From the NCBI GenBank assembly GCA_015486845.1, contig WFQU01000007.1, positions 1-27,361 of the forward strand: DNA of 27,361 nt. Reading direction: 5' to 3'. Position 1 is the stretch's first letter. Each line of letters opens with the position of its first letter. The notes beneath the pieces were generated by a model, which saw nothing but the letters and a program-made list of their open reading frames with translations, was not told where the DNA came from and did not search any database. Both the position numbers and the translations under genes were made by a program. This DNA comes from Anaerolineae bacterium (lineage in GTDB: Bacteria; Chloroflexota; Anaerolineae; JAADDB01). Of this stretch, positions 17,521-26,481 are shown piece by piece.

Positions 17521-17553
17521 AGAAGTTCAACTTGTCGGACAAGTTGAACTTCT
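17521..17553. terminator. Second copy of the 14-bp-stem palindrome, immediately downstream of tyrS
   Basis: AGAAGTTCAACTTG, loop TCGGA, then CAAGTTGAACTTCT. Thirteen of 14 arm positions match the 15579-15611 palindrome. It lies 19 nt past the tyrS stop and about 25 nt before the lipoprotein GTG. Confidence 0.6.
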
Positions 17554-17572
17554 AAAGATGACGTCAAGGGAC

Positions 17573-18820
17573 TTAGGCCGGCAGTAGCCGCAAGAACTTG
17601 CGTTTGCCGACTTTGAGCACGGCCGGCGTTTCCGCAGGGGCAATTTCCCGGCCTATCTCTCGAACAGGCTGATCGTTCAGCGACACGCCGCCTTGTTTGA
17701 CGAGCCGCCGGGCTTCGCTTTTGCTTTTAGCGAAGCCGGCCGCCACGATGAGATCGACCACCGGCATGGCCTCGGCCAAGACTCGCTCCGGCATCTCGGT
17801 GGGCAGCTGTCGTTGCTGGAAAACCCGCTTGAATTGCGCTTCGGCTTCTCGTGCGGCCTCATCGCCGTGGAAAATCGCCACGATCTCCCGCGCCAGTTCC
17901 ATCTTGATATCCCGGGGGTGGCGGCTGCCCGCGGCCAGCGCCTGCTCGATGGCGGCAATCTGATCCGGCAAATAGCGGGTGACCAGCTTGAAATAAAGCG
18001 GCATGACGTCATCCGGCAGGCTCATTACTTTGCCGTACATGTCGGCCGGCGCCAGATTGATGGCAATGTGGTTGCCCAGGCTCTTGGACATCTTGATCTC
18101 GCCATCCGTTCCCGGCAAAAGCGGCACAATCACCGCCACTTGCGGCTTCTGCCCCAACGCTTGTTGCAGCTTGCGGCCGGCGGTCATAATGTTAAAAATC
18201 TGGTCCGTGCCGCCCACCTGGACATCTGTTTCCAGCGCCACCGCGTCGTAGCCCTGCATCAGCGCGTAGAAAAATTCGTGCAACCAGATGGGATCGCCTT
18301 TGCTGTAGCGTTTAGCAAACGTATCCCGGGCCAGGAATTGCTGAACAGTAAAATTAGCAGCCAATTTGATAAGCTCACCGAAAGTCAACGGCGCCAGCCA
18401 GGTGTGATTATAACGGATTTCTGTTTTCTCCGGATCGAGAATCTTGAAAGCTTGCTCCGTGTAGGTCTTGGCGTTGGCCATCACTTCTTCCAAGGTCAGT
18501 TGCGGCCTCGTTTTGTCTTTGTCGCTGGGATCGCCAATGGTGCTGGTAAACGAGCCGATGAGGAACGTGCAGGTGTGGCCCAGTTCCTGGAATTGGCGTA
18601 ATTTGCGCATGGGCACCGTGTGTCCCAAGTGCAAATCGGTGGTGCGCGGGTCGACACCCAAATACACGCGCAGCGGCTTGCCCGTCTCGGCCGACTCGAT
18701 CAGCCGTGCTCGCAGCTCTTTTTCCATGTTGCGTTTTGTTTCGGCGTCGCCGTAATCGCATCCCTGCATCAGGTAAGCAACCTGTTCGTCAATGTTCATT
18801 TGTTTGATGTCTGCAGCCAT
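17573..18820 (-). CDS. tyrS: Tyrosine--tRNA ligase
   Basis: Class I HIGH-like motif LHLGHTVPM, KMSKS motif (KMSKSLGN), and a C-terminal S4-like RNA-binding domain (...RRLVKQGGVSLNDQPV...). ATG 18818-18820 with AAAGGAGAGAACG ribosome-binding site. Confidence 0.9.
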   Translation of the reverse strand: MAADIKQMNIDEQVAYLMQGCDYGDAETKRNMEKELRARLIESAETGKPLRVYLGVDPRTTDLHLGHTVPMRKLRQFQELGHTCTFLIGSFTSTIGDPSDKDKTRPQLTLEEVMANAKTYTEQAFKILDPEKTEIRYNHTWLAPLTFGELIKLAANFTVQQFLARDTFAKRYSKGDPIWLHEFFYALMQGYDAVALETDVQVGGTDQIFNIMTAGRKLQQALGQKPQVAVIVPLLPGTDGEIKMSKSLGNHIAINLAPADMYGKVMSLPDDVMPLYFKLVTRYLPDQIAAIEQALAAGSRHPRDIKMELAREIVAIFHGDEAAREAEAQFKRVFQQRQLPTEMPERVLAEAMPVVDLIVAAGFAKSKSEARRLVKQGGVSLNDQPVREIGREIAPAETPAVLKVGKRKFLRLLPA

Positions 18821-18894
18821 CGTTCTCTCCTTTTCCTCGTGGTCTCTTCCTCTGCTCGTTGCAAATAATGTTCCCCATCGGTGTCAGCAGCCAA

Positions 18895-18920
18895 CAAAAA
18901 AAGCGTGGCCACGCCACGCT
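18895..18920 (-). terminator. Intrinsic terminator within the tyrS 5' leader (attenuator)
   Basis: On the minus strand: AGCGUGGC, loop GUG, GCCACGCU, then UUUUUUU. This is an 8-bp stem plus 7 U, located about 75 nt upstream of the tyrS ATG. Confidence 0.6.
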
Positions 18921-19171
18921 GGGATCATTCATCATTAGAAAAAATACTTTCGTTAACCGGCGGCGCGGGATAAGCTTAGCGCGGGGCGTCTTCCGCCCCG
19001 GGGATACGAGTAAGCAAAATTGACCACCGTCATCGTTATCATGTATGTGCGCCTTATATGGAAACAAACCACGGTACTGCCTCTCCCCGTCGTATCGGGC
19101 TGGCGGTTAATGATCCAGTGCAAACGAACATTCTGCCGGCCGGGCCTCTATTTCACCAATTATTCGGGTTC

Positions 19172-19200
19172 ATCTTACCGATAAAAAAGCGGTTTGTCAA
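19172..19200 (-). promoter_or_regulatory. Putative sigma70 promoter driving the tyrS leader
   Basis: On the minus strand: TTGACA (19195-19200), a 17-nt spacer, then TAAGAT (19172-19177). The predicted start gives a roughly 340-nt leader. Confidence 0.5.
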
Positions 19201-19211
19201 AGCGGGCTGGT

Positions 19212-19802
19212 TTATTCCGCGGGAGTGACGTTGCCGCCCACAAGATTGACCAGCGCCTGCCGGATCTCGTCCACCTGTTCGTTCTCGGCCCACTGCCGCA
19301 GCACCGGCACCAAATTGTCATTTCCCTGTTCCCGCAGATTATCAATGACCATCGTCTTGATTTGGGAATGAATCCGTTGCAGCCTCGTCCAGGCCTCTTC
19401 CGGCACACCGTGTTCCGCCCAGTACTGCAGCCAATCCTGCACCCGCTGCGCCCAAATTTGCTTAATACGTTCCCATCCTTTGGCGTCAAAATAAGCCAGC
19501 AGCTTATCTTTTGACCCGTAAGCTAACTGCAGCCAGCCTTCTTGGATACAATAATCAACAATGCGCACAATCATATCATCCTGCAGGTGGCGGAGCGCCG
19601 CGTAGCTTTCCAAGCGATACCACTGGTTGAATAGCGTCCGGCCCCGGCGGGAACCTTTAAGGATGAAAACAATGTCTTTGCGCTCTAATTTTCCCGGCAG
19701 TGCGTCCACCGTCATCAAAACGGCGTCGATCTCTGTCTGGGACGGCGGTTCATCTATCGACCATAAGCGAACAGGGATATCTTGTTGTGCTTCACCCGGC
19801 AT
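19212..19802 (-). CDS. Standalone RQC-like winged-helix domain protein (hypothetical)
   Basis: ATG 19800-19802 with GGAGGGG ribosome-binding site. Residues about 40-100 (DIVFILKGSRRGRTLFNQWYRLESYAALRHLQDDMIVRIVDYCIQEGWL) follow the pattern of the RecQ C-terminal winged helix (vvevLrGs...ir...h.kL..yG...d.s...W..vIrqLi..GlL). The rest is a Trp-rich helical region with no recognised family. Confidence 0.4.
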   Translation of the reverse strand: MPGEAQQDIPVRLWSIDEPPSQTEIDAVLMTVDALPGKLERKDIVFILKGSRRGRTLFNQWYRLESYAALRHLQDDMIVRIVDYCIQEGWLQLAYGSKDKLLAYFDAKGWERIKQIWAQRVQDWLQYWAEHGVPEEAWTRLQRIHSQIKTMVIDNLREQGNDNLVPVLRQWAENEQVDEIRQALVNLVGGNVTPAE

Positions 19803-19968
19803 AATCGCCCCTCCGTGGTTCAGTGCTCGTGCAGTTGCTCATTACAAGTGTAGCACGAACCGGGGGGCTGATCAAATTCCTGTTTTGCTGGCCAGCACGA
19901 GATGCCCGGCGCTTTGCGCCGGCGGTTGAGCCGCGCCGAACAAACTGCACCCTGTGGCAGCAAAACCA

Positions 19969-21234
19969 TTACTCGTAGCGTAGTGCTTCAATGGGACTCA
20001 ATCCGGAAGCTTTGTTGGCAGGATAGATGCCAAAGAAAATGCCAATGGCCAACGAGAACCCCACGGCCAACAAAATGGATGATGTCGTCACCACAGCCGT
20101 CATCACCCCGGTCGTGTCCATGAGCCTGGCGATGGCGACGCCCAATAGAATGCCGATCAAGCCGCCGAGAGCGCTCAAAACCACCGCTTCCATCAAAAAC
20201 TGCACCAAAATATCGCCTTTGCGGGCGCCCACCGCTTTGCGCAAGCCGATTTCCCGGGTGCGTTCCGTGACCGACACCAACATGATATTCATAATGCCGA
20301 TACCACCCACCAGCAAAGAGATAGCTGCGATGGCCCCCAAGAAGAGCGTCATGGTCTCGGCCACACCACTGGCTGTAGCTAACAGATCGGCCTGATTGCG
20401 GATGCGGAAATCTTCCGTGTCCGCCGGGCTCAAATTATGGCGCGCCTTGAGTAGTGTCTCCACCTCACTTTGCATCGCATCCACTTGCGTTTCTGTTGGC
20501 GCTTTCAAAACGACACTGGTCACGATTAACTTTCCCTGCGGGTTGCGTCCTCTAAAAAGCTTCATTTGGGCTGTGGAGATAGGCACGAAAACAGAATCGT
20601 CCGCACTTCCAAAAATGGAGCCACCAGCTTCTTGGAGGACGCCCACCACCGTCAAGGTTGCTTTACGCCCACCGGCAGAAAATTTGATTTTTTGGCCGAC
20701 CGGGTTTGAATCACTAAACAAATCCTGCGCCACTTGATAGCCCAAAACAGCCACCTTGGCTCGCCTTTTGACCGCTTCCTCAGTAATGAATGAGCCCTGC
20801 TGCACTTTCAAGTTGAAGACCTGTTGGTAGGCTGCGGTAATACCGGCAACGCTGGCATTCGTGTTTTGGCTGCCAAAGATAATTTGCCCAAACCTGCTGT
20901 ATTCCGGCGCCACAAACTGTGCGTCGGGCACCGCCGATTTATTGGCCAAGGCTTGTGCATCGTCGTAAGTCAAAGTTTGGCTGCTGCCCGGCGCCCCGCG
21001 CACACCGCGTTCTCTGGGTGCACCGGGGTAAATCGTGATCAAATTAGTGCCGGCGCTGGTAATCCGCTGGGTTATGGAAGCCTGTGCCCCGGCACCGATG
21101 GAAAGCAGGGAAATCACCGCCGCCACGCCGATGATGACGCCTAACATGGTCAGCGCCGAGCGCATTTTGTTGACGATCAAGCTGTTCACGGCGTCCAGCA
21201 CAATCTCCAGCCAATCTGCCAATAATGTCGTCAT
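19969..21234 (-). CDS. ABC transporter permease, MacB/FtsX family
   Basis: 421 aa. N-terminal TM helix, a large periplasmic MacB-like domain, and a C-terminal FtsX 3-TM bundle (...IGIMNIMLVSVTERTREIGLRKAVGA...). ATG 21232-21234 overlaps the ATPase stop (ATGA). Confidence 0.85.
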   Translation of the reverse strand: MTTLLADWLEIVLDAVNSLIVNKMRSALTMLGVIIGVAAVISLLSIGAGAQASITQRITSAGTNLITIYPGAPRERGVRGAPGSSQTLTYDDAQALANKSAVPDAQFVAPEYSRFGQIIFGSQNTNASVAGITAAYQQVFNLKVQQGSFITEEAVKRRAKVAVLGYQVAQDLFSDSNPVGQKIKFSAGGRKATLTVVGVLQEAGGSIFGSADDSVFVPISTAQMKLFRGRNPQGKLIVTSVVLKAPTETQVDAMQSEVETLLKARHNLSPADTEDFRIRNQADLLATASGVAETMTLFLGAIAAISLLVGGIGIMNIMLVSVTERTREIGLRKAVGARKGDILVQFLMEAVVLSALGGLIGILLGVAIARLMDTTGVMTAVVTTSSILLAVGFSLAIGIFFGIYPANKASGLSPIEALRYE

Positions 21235-21953
21235 GCTCCGCTTCCTCCTGGACGCTCTAACTGTGCCTGGCTCGTGTCGCCGACCACCAAACCATCGTGC
21301 AAATGGATGATACGCTGCGCTTCGGCGCTAATTTGTTCGTCGTGGGTCACGATGATCAACGTGATCCGTTTCTCCCGATGCAAGGTCCGCAAAATTTCCA
21401 TGACTTCCTCACCAGAATGCGAATCTAAGTTGCCGGTCGGCTCATCGGCCATGATAATCTGCGGATTGGTGACCAGCGCCCGGGCGATAGCGACCCGCTG
21501 TTGTTGCCCGCCGGATAGCTCCGCAGGCCGGTGTTTGGCGCGGTCGGCCAGGCCCACCGCCTCCAACGCTCTCATCGCCCGACTGCGTCGCTCGGCCAAT
21601 GGTATCCTAGCCCCATCCCGGCTGTAGCGCAGCGGTAACATCACTTGCTTCAGGGCGCTGGTGCGCGGCAAAAGGTTGAAAGCCTGGAAGACAAAACCAA
21701 TTTGGTGGTTGCGCACGACCGCCAGTTGACCGGCGCTCATGGTCCCCACTTCGACGCCGTTCAGCCGGTAGCTGCCGGCCGTGGGCTTATCAAGACAGCC
21801 AATAATGTGCATGAGCGTCGATTTGCCGGAACCGGACGGCCCCATGACAGAGACCCACTCCCCGGCTGCAATAGCCAGCGTAACCCCGCGCAGGGCGTGC
21901 ACCTGGACTTCGCCCATCTGGTAGGTCTTAGCAATGTCCTTGAGCTCGATCAC
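21231..21953 (-). CDS. ABC transporter ATP-binding protein (MacB/LolD-like)
   Basis: Walker A GPSGSGKST, signature LSGGQQQRVAIARAL, Walker B IIMADEPTGNLD. I prefer the GTG at 21951-21953 as start: AGGGGG lies 7 nt upstream and it sits 1 nt after the HlyD stop, giving the canonical VIELKDIAKTY N-terminus. The track's ATG 22025 would overlap the adaptor gene by 70 nt and has no ribosome-binding site. Confidence 0.85.
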   Translation of the reverse strand: MIELKDIAKTYQMGEVQVHALRGVTLAIAAGEWVSVMGPSGSGKSTLMHIIGCLDKPTAGSYRLNGVEVGTMSAGQLAVVRNHQIGFVFQAFNLLPRTSALKQVMLPLRYSRDGARIPLAERRSRAMRALEAVGLADRAKHRPAELSGGQQQRVAIARALVTNPQIIMADEPTGNLDSHSGEEVMEILRTLHREKRITLIIVTHDEQISAEAQRIIHLHDGLVVGDTSQAQLERPGGSGA

Positions 21954-21954
21954 C

Positions 21955-23595
21955 TCAACGCCCCCTGCCAAAGAATCCAAACGGCGCAAACGATCCATTT
22001 TTATCTCGACTACTCTGATTGCCATTGCTACCGGTGGGAGTGGAAAGGGACGCCGTGCTCACCACATCACCCTCTTTGAGCCCGCTGAGAATTTCGGCTT
22101 GTGTACTGGTCAGCACGCCGAGCTTCACCGGCACCGGCGCAAAACCGGCTTCACGCAACTGCTGGAACAGCGTGTTACCCGTTTGCCCGCCGGCTGCTGA
22201 CGGAGTCTGATCTGTCAATGACCGCGTAGCGCCTGTAGCGCCGCGTTCGGTGCGACGCGTCGCCCGGGCGTTTGCATCTGCCGCAGTTCCGCTCTGTCCT
22301 CCGGCCGCCCCCCTCCTCGGGAACGATGAAACGGACTCACCCGGCTGTAATTTGCGAAAAACGAAGGAACGGTTGCCAAAAGTGTGCACCGCTTTCAACG
22401 GGACAACCAAAGCATCCTGTTTGTTGGTGACCATGATTTCAGCATCGGCGGTCATGCCCGGACGTAACGGCACCGCCGTCTGTTCCAGGTCAATGGTCAC
22501 CGGATACAGCACTACCCCCGATTGGACATGAGCTACCCAGTCAATGGCCGCCACTTTGCCCTTGAACGTTGTATCGGGGAAAGCATCCACAGAGACCGAT
22601 GCCTCTTGCCCCGAAGCGACCTGCGCCACATCTGTCTCATCCAAATAAACTTGCACTTCCAGCGGATCGAGATCGTACAACTGCATAACGCTTTTGTTCG
22701 CGCCCACTTTATCCCCCGGTTGGATGTCAACCTGGACAACAGTGCCAGCAAACGGCGCCACCAGCGTGGCATCGGCCATATTCTCACGAGCCTGGTCTAA
22801 TTTCACCTGCGCTTGCGTCAGCGCCGCTTCTTTGGAAGCAATTTCCGCCGCGGAAGGTCCTGCTTTCACATCGTTTAGCTGCGCCTCGGCTTTTGTCACA
22901 TTGCTCTTGGCCGCGGCCAATTCTGCCGAGGAAGGGCCTTCGGTAGCTTGTTTATACTGCGCCAAAGCTTTTTGATAGTCCCAGGTGGCGCTTTGCAGGT
23001 TGAACGATTGGGGCAATTGGCTTATATTGGGCCGGTAAGCAACTTTGTCGTAGTCAGACTGCGCTTTGTCCAGAGCGACTTTGGCTTTTTCCAACTGGAC
23101 TTTAGCGATGGTAATGCTCTCCGCCGAAGGGGAATCTTTCAGCTTCTCATACTGCGACAGTGCGCTTTGATAGGATGCTTCGGCAGCGGCCAATTGTGCC
23201 GGCGTGGGGGAATTTTGCAAGTCGTCCAGTTGCGCTTGCGCCGCTTGCAAGCTGGCTTCCGCCTGCTTGACTTGCAACACCAGAGCCGTTGTATCCAGCT
23301 TGGCCAGTGGTTGGCCGACCTTGACCTGTTGGCCAGCCGCAACCAAAACAGCCGCTACCGTTCCTGACGCGGCAAACGAAAGCGAACTACTACGACTCGG
23401 TTCGATGCTGCCAGAGCCGTCTACAGTGACTTGCAAACTGTTCCTTTTGACAACGACTGTCTCTTGAGCCAGCGCAGTCGCTGTGTTGTTGCCGGGCGCC
23501 GTTGCACGTTCACCGTGCAGCTGGTTCCAGCCCCAAAAGCCGCCCACGACAATGACAACGATTATGACGATGTACAACCACCATTTCTTACGCAT
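21955..23595 (-). CDS. HlyD-family periplasmic adaptor (membrane fusion protein)
   Basis: ATG 23593-23595 follows AAGGTG. N-terminal signal-anchor (WWLYIVIIVVIVVGGFWGW), a lipoyl-like segment, a long coiled coil (...LQAAQAQLDDLQN...), beta-barrel segments, then a roughly 130-aa Gly/Ser/Thr/Ala-rich tail ending FAPFGFFGRGR. Confidence 0.8.
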   Translation of the reverse strand: MRKKWWLYIVIIVVIVVGGFWGWNQLHGERATAPGNNTATALAQETVVVKRNSLQVTVDGSGSIEPSRSSSLSFAASGTVAAVLVAAGQQVKVGQPLAKLDTTALVLQVKQAEASLQAAQAQLDDLQNSPTPAQLAAAEASYQSALSQYEKLKDSPSAESITIAKVQLEKAKVALDKAQSDYDKVAYRPNISQLPQSFNLQSATWDYQKALAQYKQATEGPSSAELAAAKSNVTKAEAQLNDVKAGPSAAEIASKEAALTQAQVKLDQARENMADATLVAPFAGTVVQVDIQPGDKVGANKSVMQLYDLDPLEVQVYLDETDVAQVASGQEASVSVDAFPDTTFKGKVAAIDWVAHVQSGVVLYPVTIDLEQTAVPLRPGMTADAEIMVTNKQDALVVPLKAVHTFGNRSFVFRKLQPGESVSSFPRRGAAGGQSGTAADANARATRRTERGATGATRSLTDQTPSAAGGQTGNTLFQQLREAGFAPVPVKLGVLTSTQAEILSGLKEGDVVSTASLSTPTGSNGNQSSRDKNGSFAPFGFFGRGR

Positions 23596-23684
23596 TCTCG
23601 CACCTTTCCCCAAACGCGTTTAGCGTGATTCTATTGCCCCAAACCGGAGCAAACAACCCCCGCGTTGAATGATACGATAGTTTT

Positions 23685-23703
23685 GTGAAGATATCGTGAA
23701 GAT
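23685..23703. promoter_or_regulatory. Tandem direct repeat GTGAAGAT-N3-GTGAAGAT with 11-bp periodicity upstream of the ABC efflux operon
   Basis: gtgaagat (23685-23692), atc, gtgaagat (23696-23703). It lies 90-110 nt upstream of the adaptor ATG. A possible TTGTTT-17-TAGAAT promoter lies downstream of it on the minus strand. Confidence 0.35.
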
Positions 23704-23708
23704 AGCCG

Positions 23709-25049
23709 TTACGCCTCGAGAGATGTATCCAAAAGGGGAGCGAAAAAGGGATGTGGCCGGGGCAACGCCTCCTGAAAAGCGAGAATGGAGGCAGCGGCCG
23801 GCAATCGCATTTGCCCGGCTTTTACGGTGACTTCTTCGTCAGACAGCAAGTCGTGATAAACACCGTCTGGCAGCGTGACAGCAGTCATCCCGCTGTTCGC
23901 TTCGACATTGAAGATACCGTAGAGGCCGCCTTGGGGTTGCCACCAAACCGCTTGCACGGCCGGCGCGGCCGATAGAATCGTGAATGTACCGTCATGCAGC
24001 GCTGTCTGCTTTTTCAGCCGGGCCAAGCGGGTGAGAAAAGGTTGCAGTGGATAGCCGTCCCAGTCGATTTTATCCACGTCGAACAACGAAGGCCGGTGGG
24101 TGGCGCCGGCTTCCTGGCCGGCGTAAAAGAGCAGCGCGCCTTTGTTGAAAGCTTGCCAGGCAGTCCACGCTAACGCTTGCGCCCGGCTCGGGGCTAAGGC
24201 CATGATGCGCGGCTGATCGTGATTTTCGACACAGCGCATTTTCACGTAATTAGCTGGATAGATCCCGTCCTGAAAACGCACCATTTCCAGGTAACGCACC
24301 ACCGGCTGCTCGCCGGTCACCGCGGCTTGCCAGATGGGCCAGATGTCGTAATCGTACAGTATGTCGAAAGCGCGATAAAGCTCGCCATCGCTCAACGTGG
24401 GTAGTCCGGCCTGACGCCGCTCGCTGACCCAGCCGGTGTGCACCGATTCCGCTAACCAGACGACCCCCGGCTTGACTTCCGCCACGGCCTGGCGGGCGCG
24501 CAGCCAGAAGCCCAGCGGCAGCAACGATGCGACGTCGCAGCGAAAGCCGTCCACGCCCAAAGCGGCCCACATCTGCAGCGTCTCCACGAGATAATCGGTC
24601 AGGGCCGGCTGGGGATGTTTCAAATCGATGACATCGCTCCACGCCGGGACAGTGGAAATTGGCTGGCCCTCTGCGTCCTGATGGAACCACTCCGGGTGCT
24701 GGCGAACCAGCAACGAGTCGTGCGCGGTGTGGTTGTACACCACGTCGATCATCACTTTGAGGCCCAACGCGTGTGCCTTTTGGATCAAATGTTCGAAATC
24801 CTCCCGGCTGCCGTATTCGGGGTTCACCGCCCAGTAATCGGCAATAGCATAGGGACAGCCCAGCCGACCTTTCCGATGCATTTGCCCGATGGGATGGATC
24901 GGCATGAACCAGATGAAATCCACACCTATGGCGCGTATACGCGGCAAGTCCGCTTCCACGTCGGCGAAAGTGCCGTGGGGACCATGGTTACGCACGTAGA
25001 TCTCGTACAAAACAAGTTGCCGAACATCCTTGCTCGTTTCTGCGGCCAT
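23709..25049 (-). CDS. Glycoside hydrolase family 13 (alpha-amylase family) enzyme
   Basis: About 446 aa. GH13 conserved regions: DVVYNHT (region I), GFRCDVASLLP (region II catalytic Asp), WLAESVH (region III Glu), and FVENHD-like CVENHDQPRI (region IV). ATG 25047-25049 follows GGAAGGA. The track start at 25052 is TTG. Confidence 0.8.
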   Translation of the reverse strand: MAAETSKDVRQLVLYEIYVRNHGPHGTFADVEADLPRIRAIGVDFIWFMPIHPIGQMHRKGRLGCPYAIADYWAVNPEYGSREDFEHLIQKAHALGLKVMIDVVYNHTAHDSLLVRQHPEWFHQDAEGQPISTVPAWSDVIDLKHPQPALTDYLVETLQMWAALGVDGFRCDVASLLPLGFWLRARQAVAEVKPGVVWLAESVHTGWVSERRQAGLPTLSDGELYRAFDILYDYDIWPIWQAAVTGEQPVVRYLEMVRFQDGIYPANYVKMRCVENHDQPRIMALAPSRAQALAWTAWQAFNKGALLFYAGQEAGATHRPSLFDVDKIDWDGYPLQPFLTRLARLKKQTALHDGTFTILSAAPAVQAVWWQPQGGLYGIFNVEANSGMTAVTLPDGVYHDLLSDEEVTVKAGQMRLPAAASILAFQEALPRPHPFFAPLLDTSLEA

Positions 25050-25227
25050 CAATCATTATCCTTCCGTTCTTATCACTGTTCCGCCATTATCCGCTGAGCC
25101 CTCGACTCAAGATTCATGGTACTATTCATCACGTGGTCAACAAAACGGATGATGCGAATTCGTAACAGCGGGCCCCACAGGTCAGCTTAGCAGATATTAT
25201 TGTAGTTTCAACCGCCGTACGGAAAAT

Positions 25228-25806
25228 TCAACGTCCCGGCACCTGGTGACAGGTCCTGCAACGCGCTTCGTACACCTCAGAAGCGCCAACCAGAATGACC
25301 GGATCATGATAGTTAGCCGGTCGACCGTTAATCAGCCGCTGCGTGCGACTGGCTTCATTGCCACAAACCACACAAATAGCGTGAAGCTTGTCCACCAGTT
25401 CGGCCCGGGCCATCAGTTCCGGCATGGGGCCGAAAGGCTCACCGCGGAAATCCATGTCCAGGCCGGCGCAAATCACCCGCTTGCCATCATTGGCCAACTG
25501 TTCGGCCACTTGCACCATCGCCTCGTCGAAAAACTGTGCTTCGTCGATGGCGACCACCCGCGTATCCGGTTCGACCAAGTCCAGTATCTCTGTGGCGCAC
25601 TGTACCGGCTGGGCGTGAAACTGTTCCCCGTTGTGAGAGGTAACGGCATTGGTCGCGTATCGGTCATCAATGGCTGGCTTGAACGTCTGCACTTTCTGCT
25701 TGGCAAACGTTGCCCGGCGTAAACGCCGAATCAGTTCCTCCGTCTTGCCGCTGAACATGCTGCCGCAGATCACTTCGACCCAACCGCTGTGAGAAGAGGG
25801 ATACAT
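25228..25806 (-). CDS. tdk: Thymidine kinase
   Basis: ATG 25804-25806 follows CAGGAGG. P-loop [11 protein letters not shown], ...[10 protein letters not shown]..., and a C-terminal Zn-ribbon-like Cys pair (CVVCG...C). The track start at 25854 adds 16 residues with no ribosome-binding site. Confidence 0.85.
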   Translation of the reverse strand: MYPSSHSGWVEVICGSMFSGKTEELIRRLRRATFAKQKVQTFKPAIDDRYATNAVTSHNGEQFHAQPVQCATEILDLVEPDTRVVAIDEAQFFDEAMVQVAEQLANDGKRVICAGLDMDFRGEPFGPMPELMARAELVDKLHAICVVCGNEASRTQRLINGRPANYHDPVILVGASEVYEARCRTCHQVPGR

Positions 25807-25882
25807 TATAACCTCCTGGACATAAAGAAAGGGCAGAGATAAACCCTGCCCCACAAGTTACCATGTTGTTACAAAAATCCGC

Positions 25883-26176
25883 CTACTTTTCGCCCCGACG
25901 GCGAGCAATCCGCTCGGCTTCGGCTTCTGCCTCTCGTTTTTCACGTTCGGCACGCAAACGCGCTGCCCGCGCTTCCTTCTGCTCCAAGCGCTTCAAGAAG
26001 CGATCCACCTGTCCTGCTGTATCCACGATACGTTGCTCACCGGTGAAAAACGGATGGCAAGCCGAACAGACATCCGTATGAATAACTGGCTGTGTAGAAC
26101 CGGTCGTCCAGGTATTGCCACAAGCGCAAATTACCTGCGCATTTTCGTAATATTTTGGGTGAATATCTTTTCGCAT
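25883..26176 (-). CDS. rpmE: 50S ribosomal protein L31 with a charged C-terminal extension
   Basis: [23 protein letters not shown]...[10 protein letters not shown] is canonical L31, including the Zn-binding Cys motifs. The last roughly 30 aa are a Lys/Arg/Glu/Ala-rich tail. Confidence 0.85.
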   Translation of the reverse strand: MRKDIHPKYYENAQVICACGNTWTTGSTQPVIHTDVCSACHPFFTGEQRIVDTAGQVDRFLKRLEQKEARAARLRAEREKREAEAEAERIARRRGEK

Positions 26177-26187
26177 GATCTAAATCC

Positions 26188-26457
26188 TCAATTCCCCCCC
26201 GCGGTTTCCGGATAAACCGAAATGCGTTTTTTGTCGCGAGTCTGGTGCTCGAATTTCACGTAACCATTAATCTTGGCAAAGATCGTGTAGTCTTTGCCCA
26301 TGCCGACATTCTGCCCCGGCAGAAACTTGGTGCCACGCTGACGCACGATAATTGTACCGGCGCCCACTTTCTCGCCACCGTAACGTTTCACACCTAAACG
26401 CTGCGATTGAGAATCGCGCCCGTTGCGGCTGGAACCACCGCCTTTTTTATGAGCCAT
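26188..26457 (-). CDS. rpmA: 50S ribosomal protein L27
   Basis: [29 protein letters not shown]...[19 protein letters not shown] is canonical L27. Confidence 0.9.
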   Translation of the reverse strand: MAHKKGGGSSRNGRDSQSQRLGVKRYGGEKVGAGTIIVRQRGTKFLPGQNVGMGKDYTIFAKINGYVKFEHQTRDKKRISVYPETAGGN

Positions 26458-26481
26458 AGTAATCTCTCCTCCCCGCGAGGT

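Noticed and set aside
16800-18601. Antisense ORFs of 165 aa (16800-17297) and 302 aa (17693-18601) opposite the lipoprotein and tyrS.
   Set aside because: They are antisense to well-supported genes, have no ribosome-binding sites, and have biased composition.
18821-19170. Calling the tyrS leader a canonical T-box riboswitch.
   Set aside because: The terminator and leader length fit, but I could not find the conserved T-box sequence or an unambiguous specifier loop by eye. It is reported only as a candidate attenuator pending a covariance-model search.
21955-22025. A 70-nt overlap between the ABC ATPase and the HlyD-family gene, implied by the track start of the ATPase at ATG 22025.
   Set aside because: The GTG at 21953, with AGGGGG upstream and 1 nt after the adaptor stop, gives the canonical ATPase N-terminus. 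The long overlap is therefore an ORF-calling artefact.
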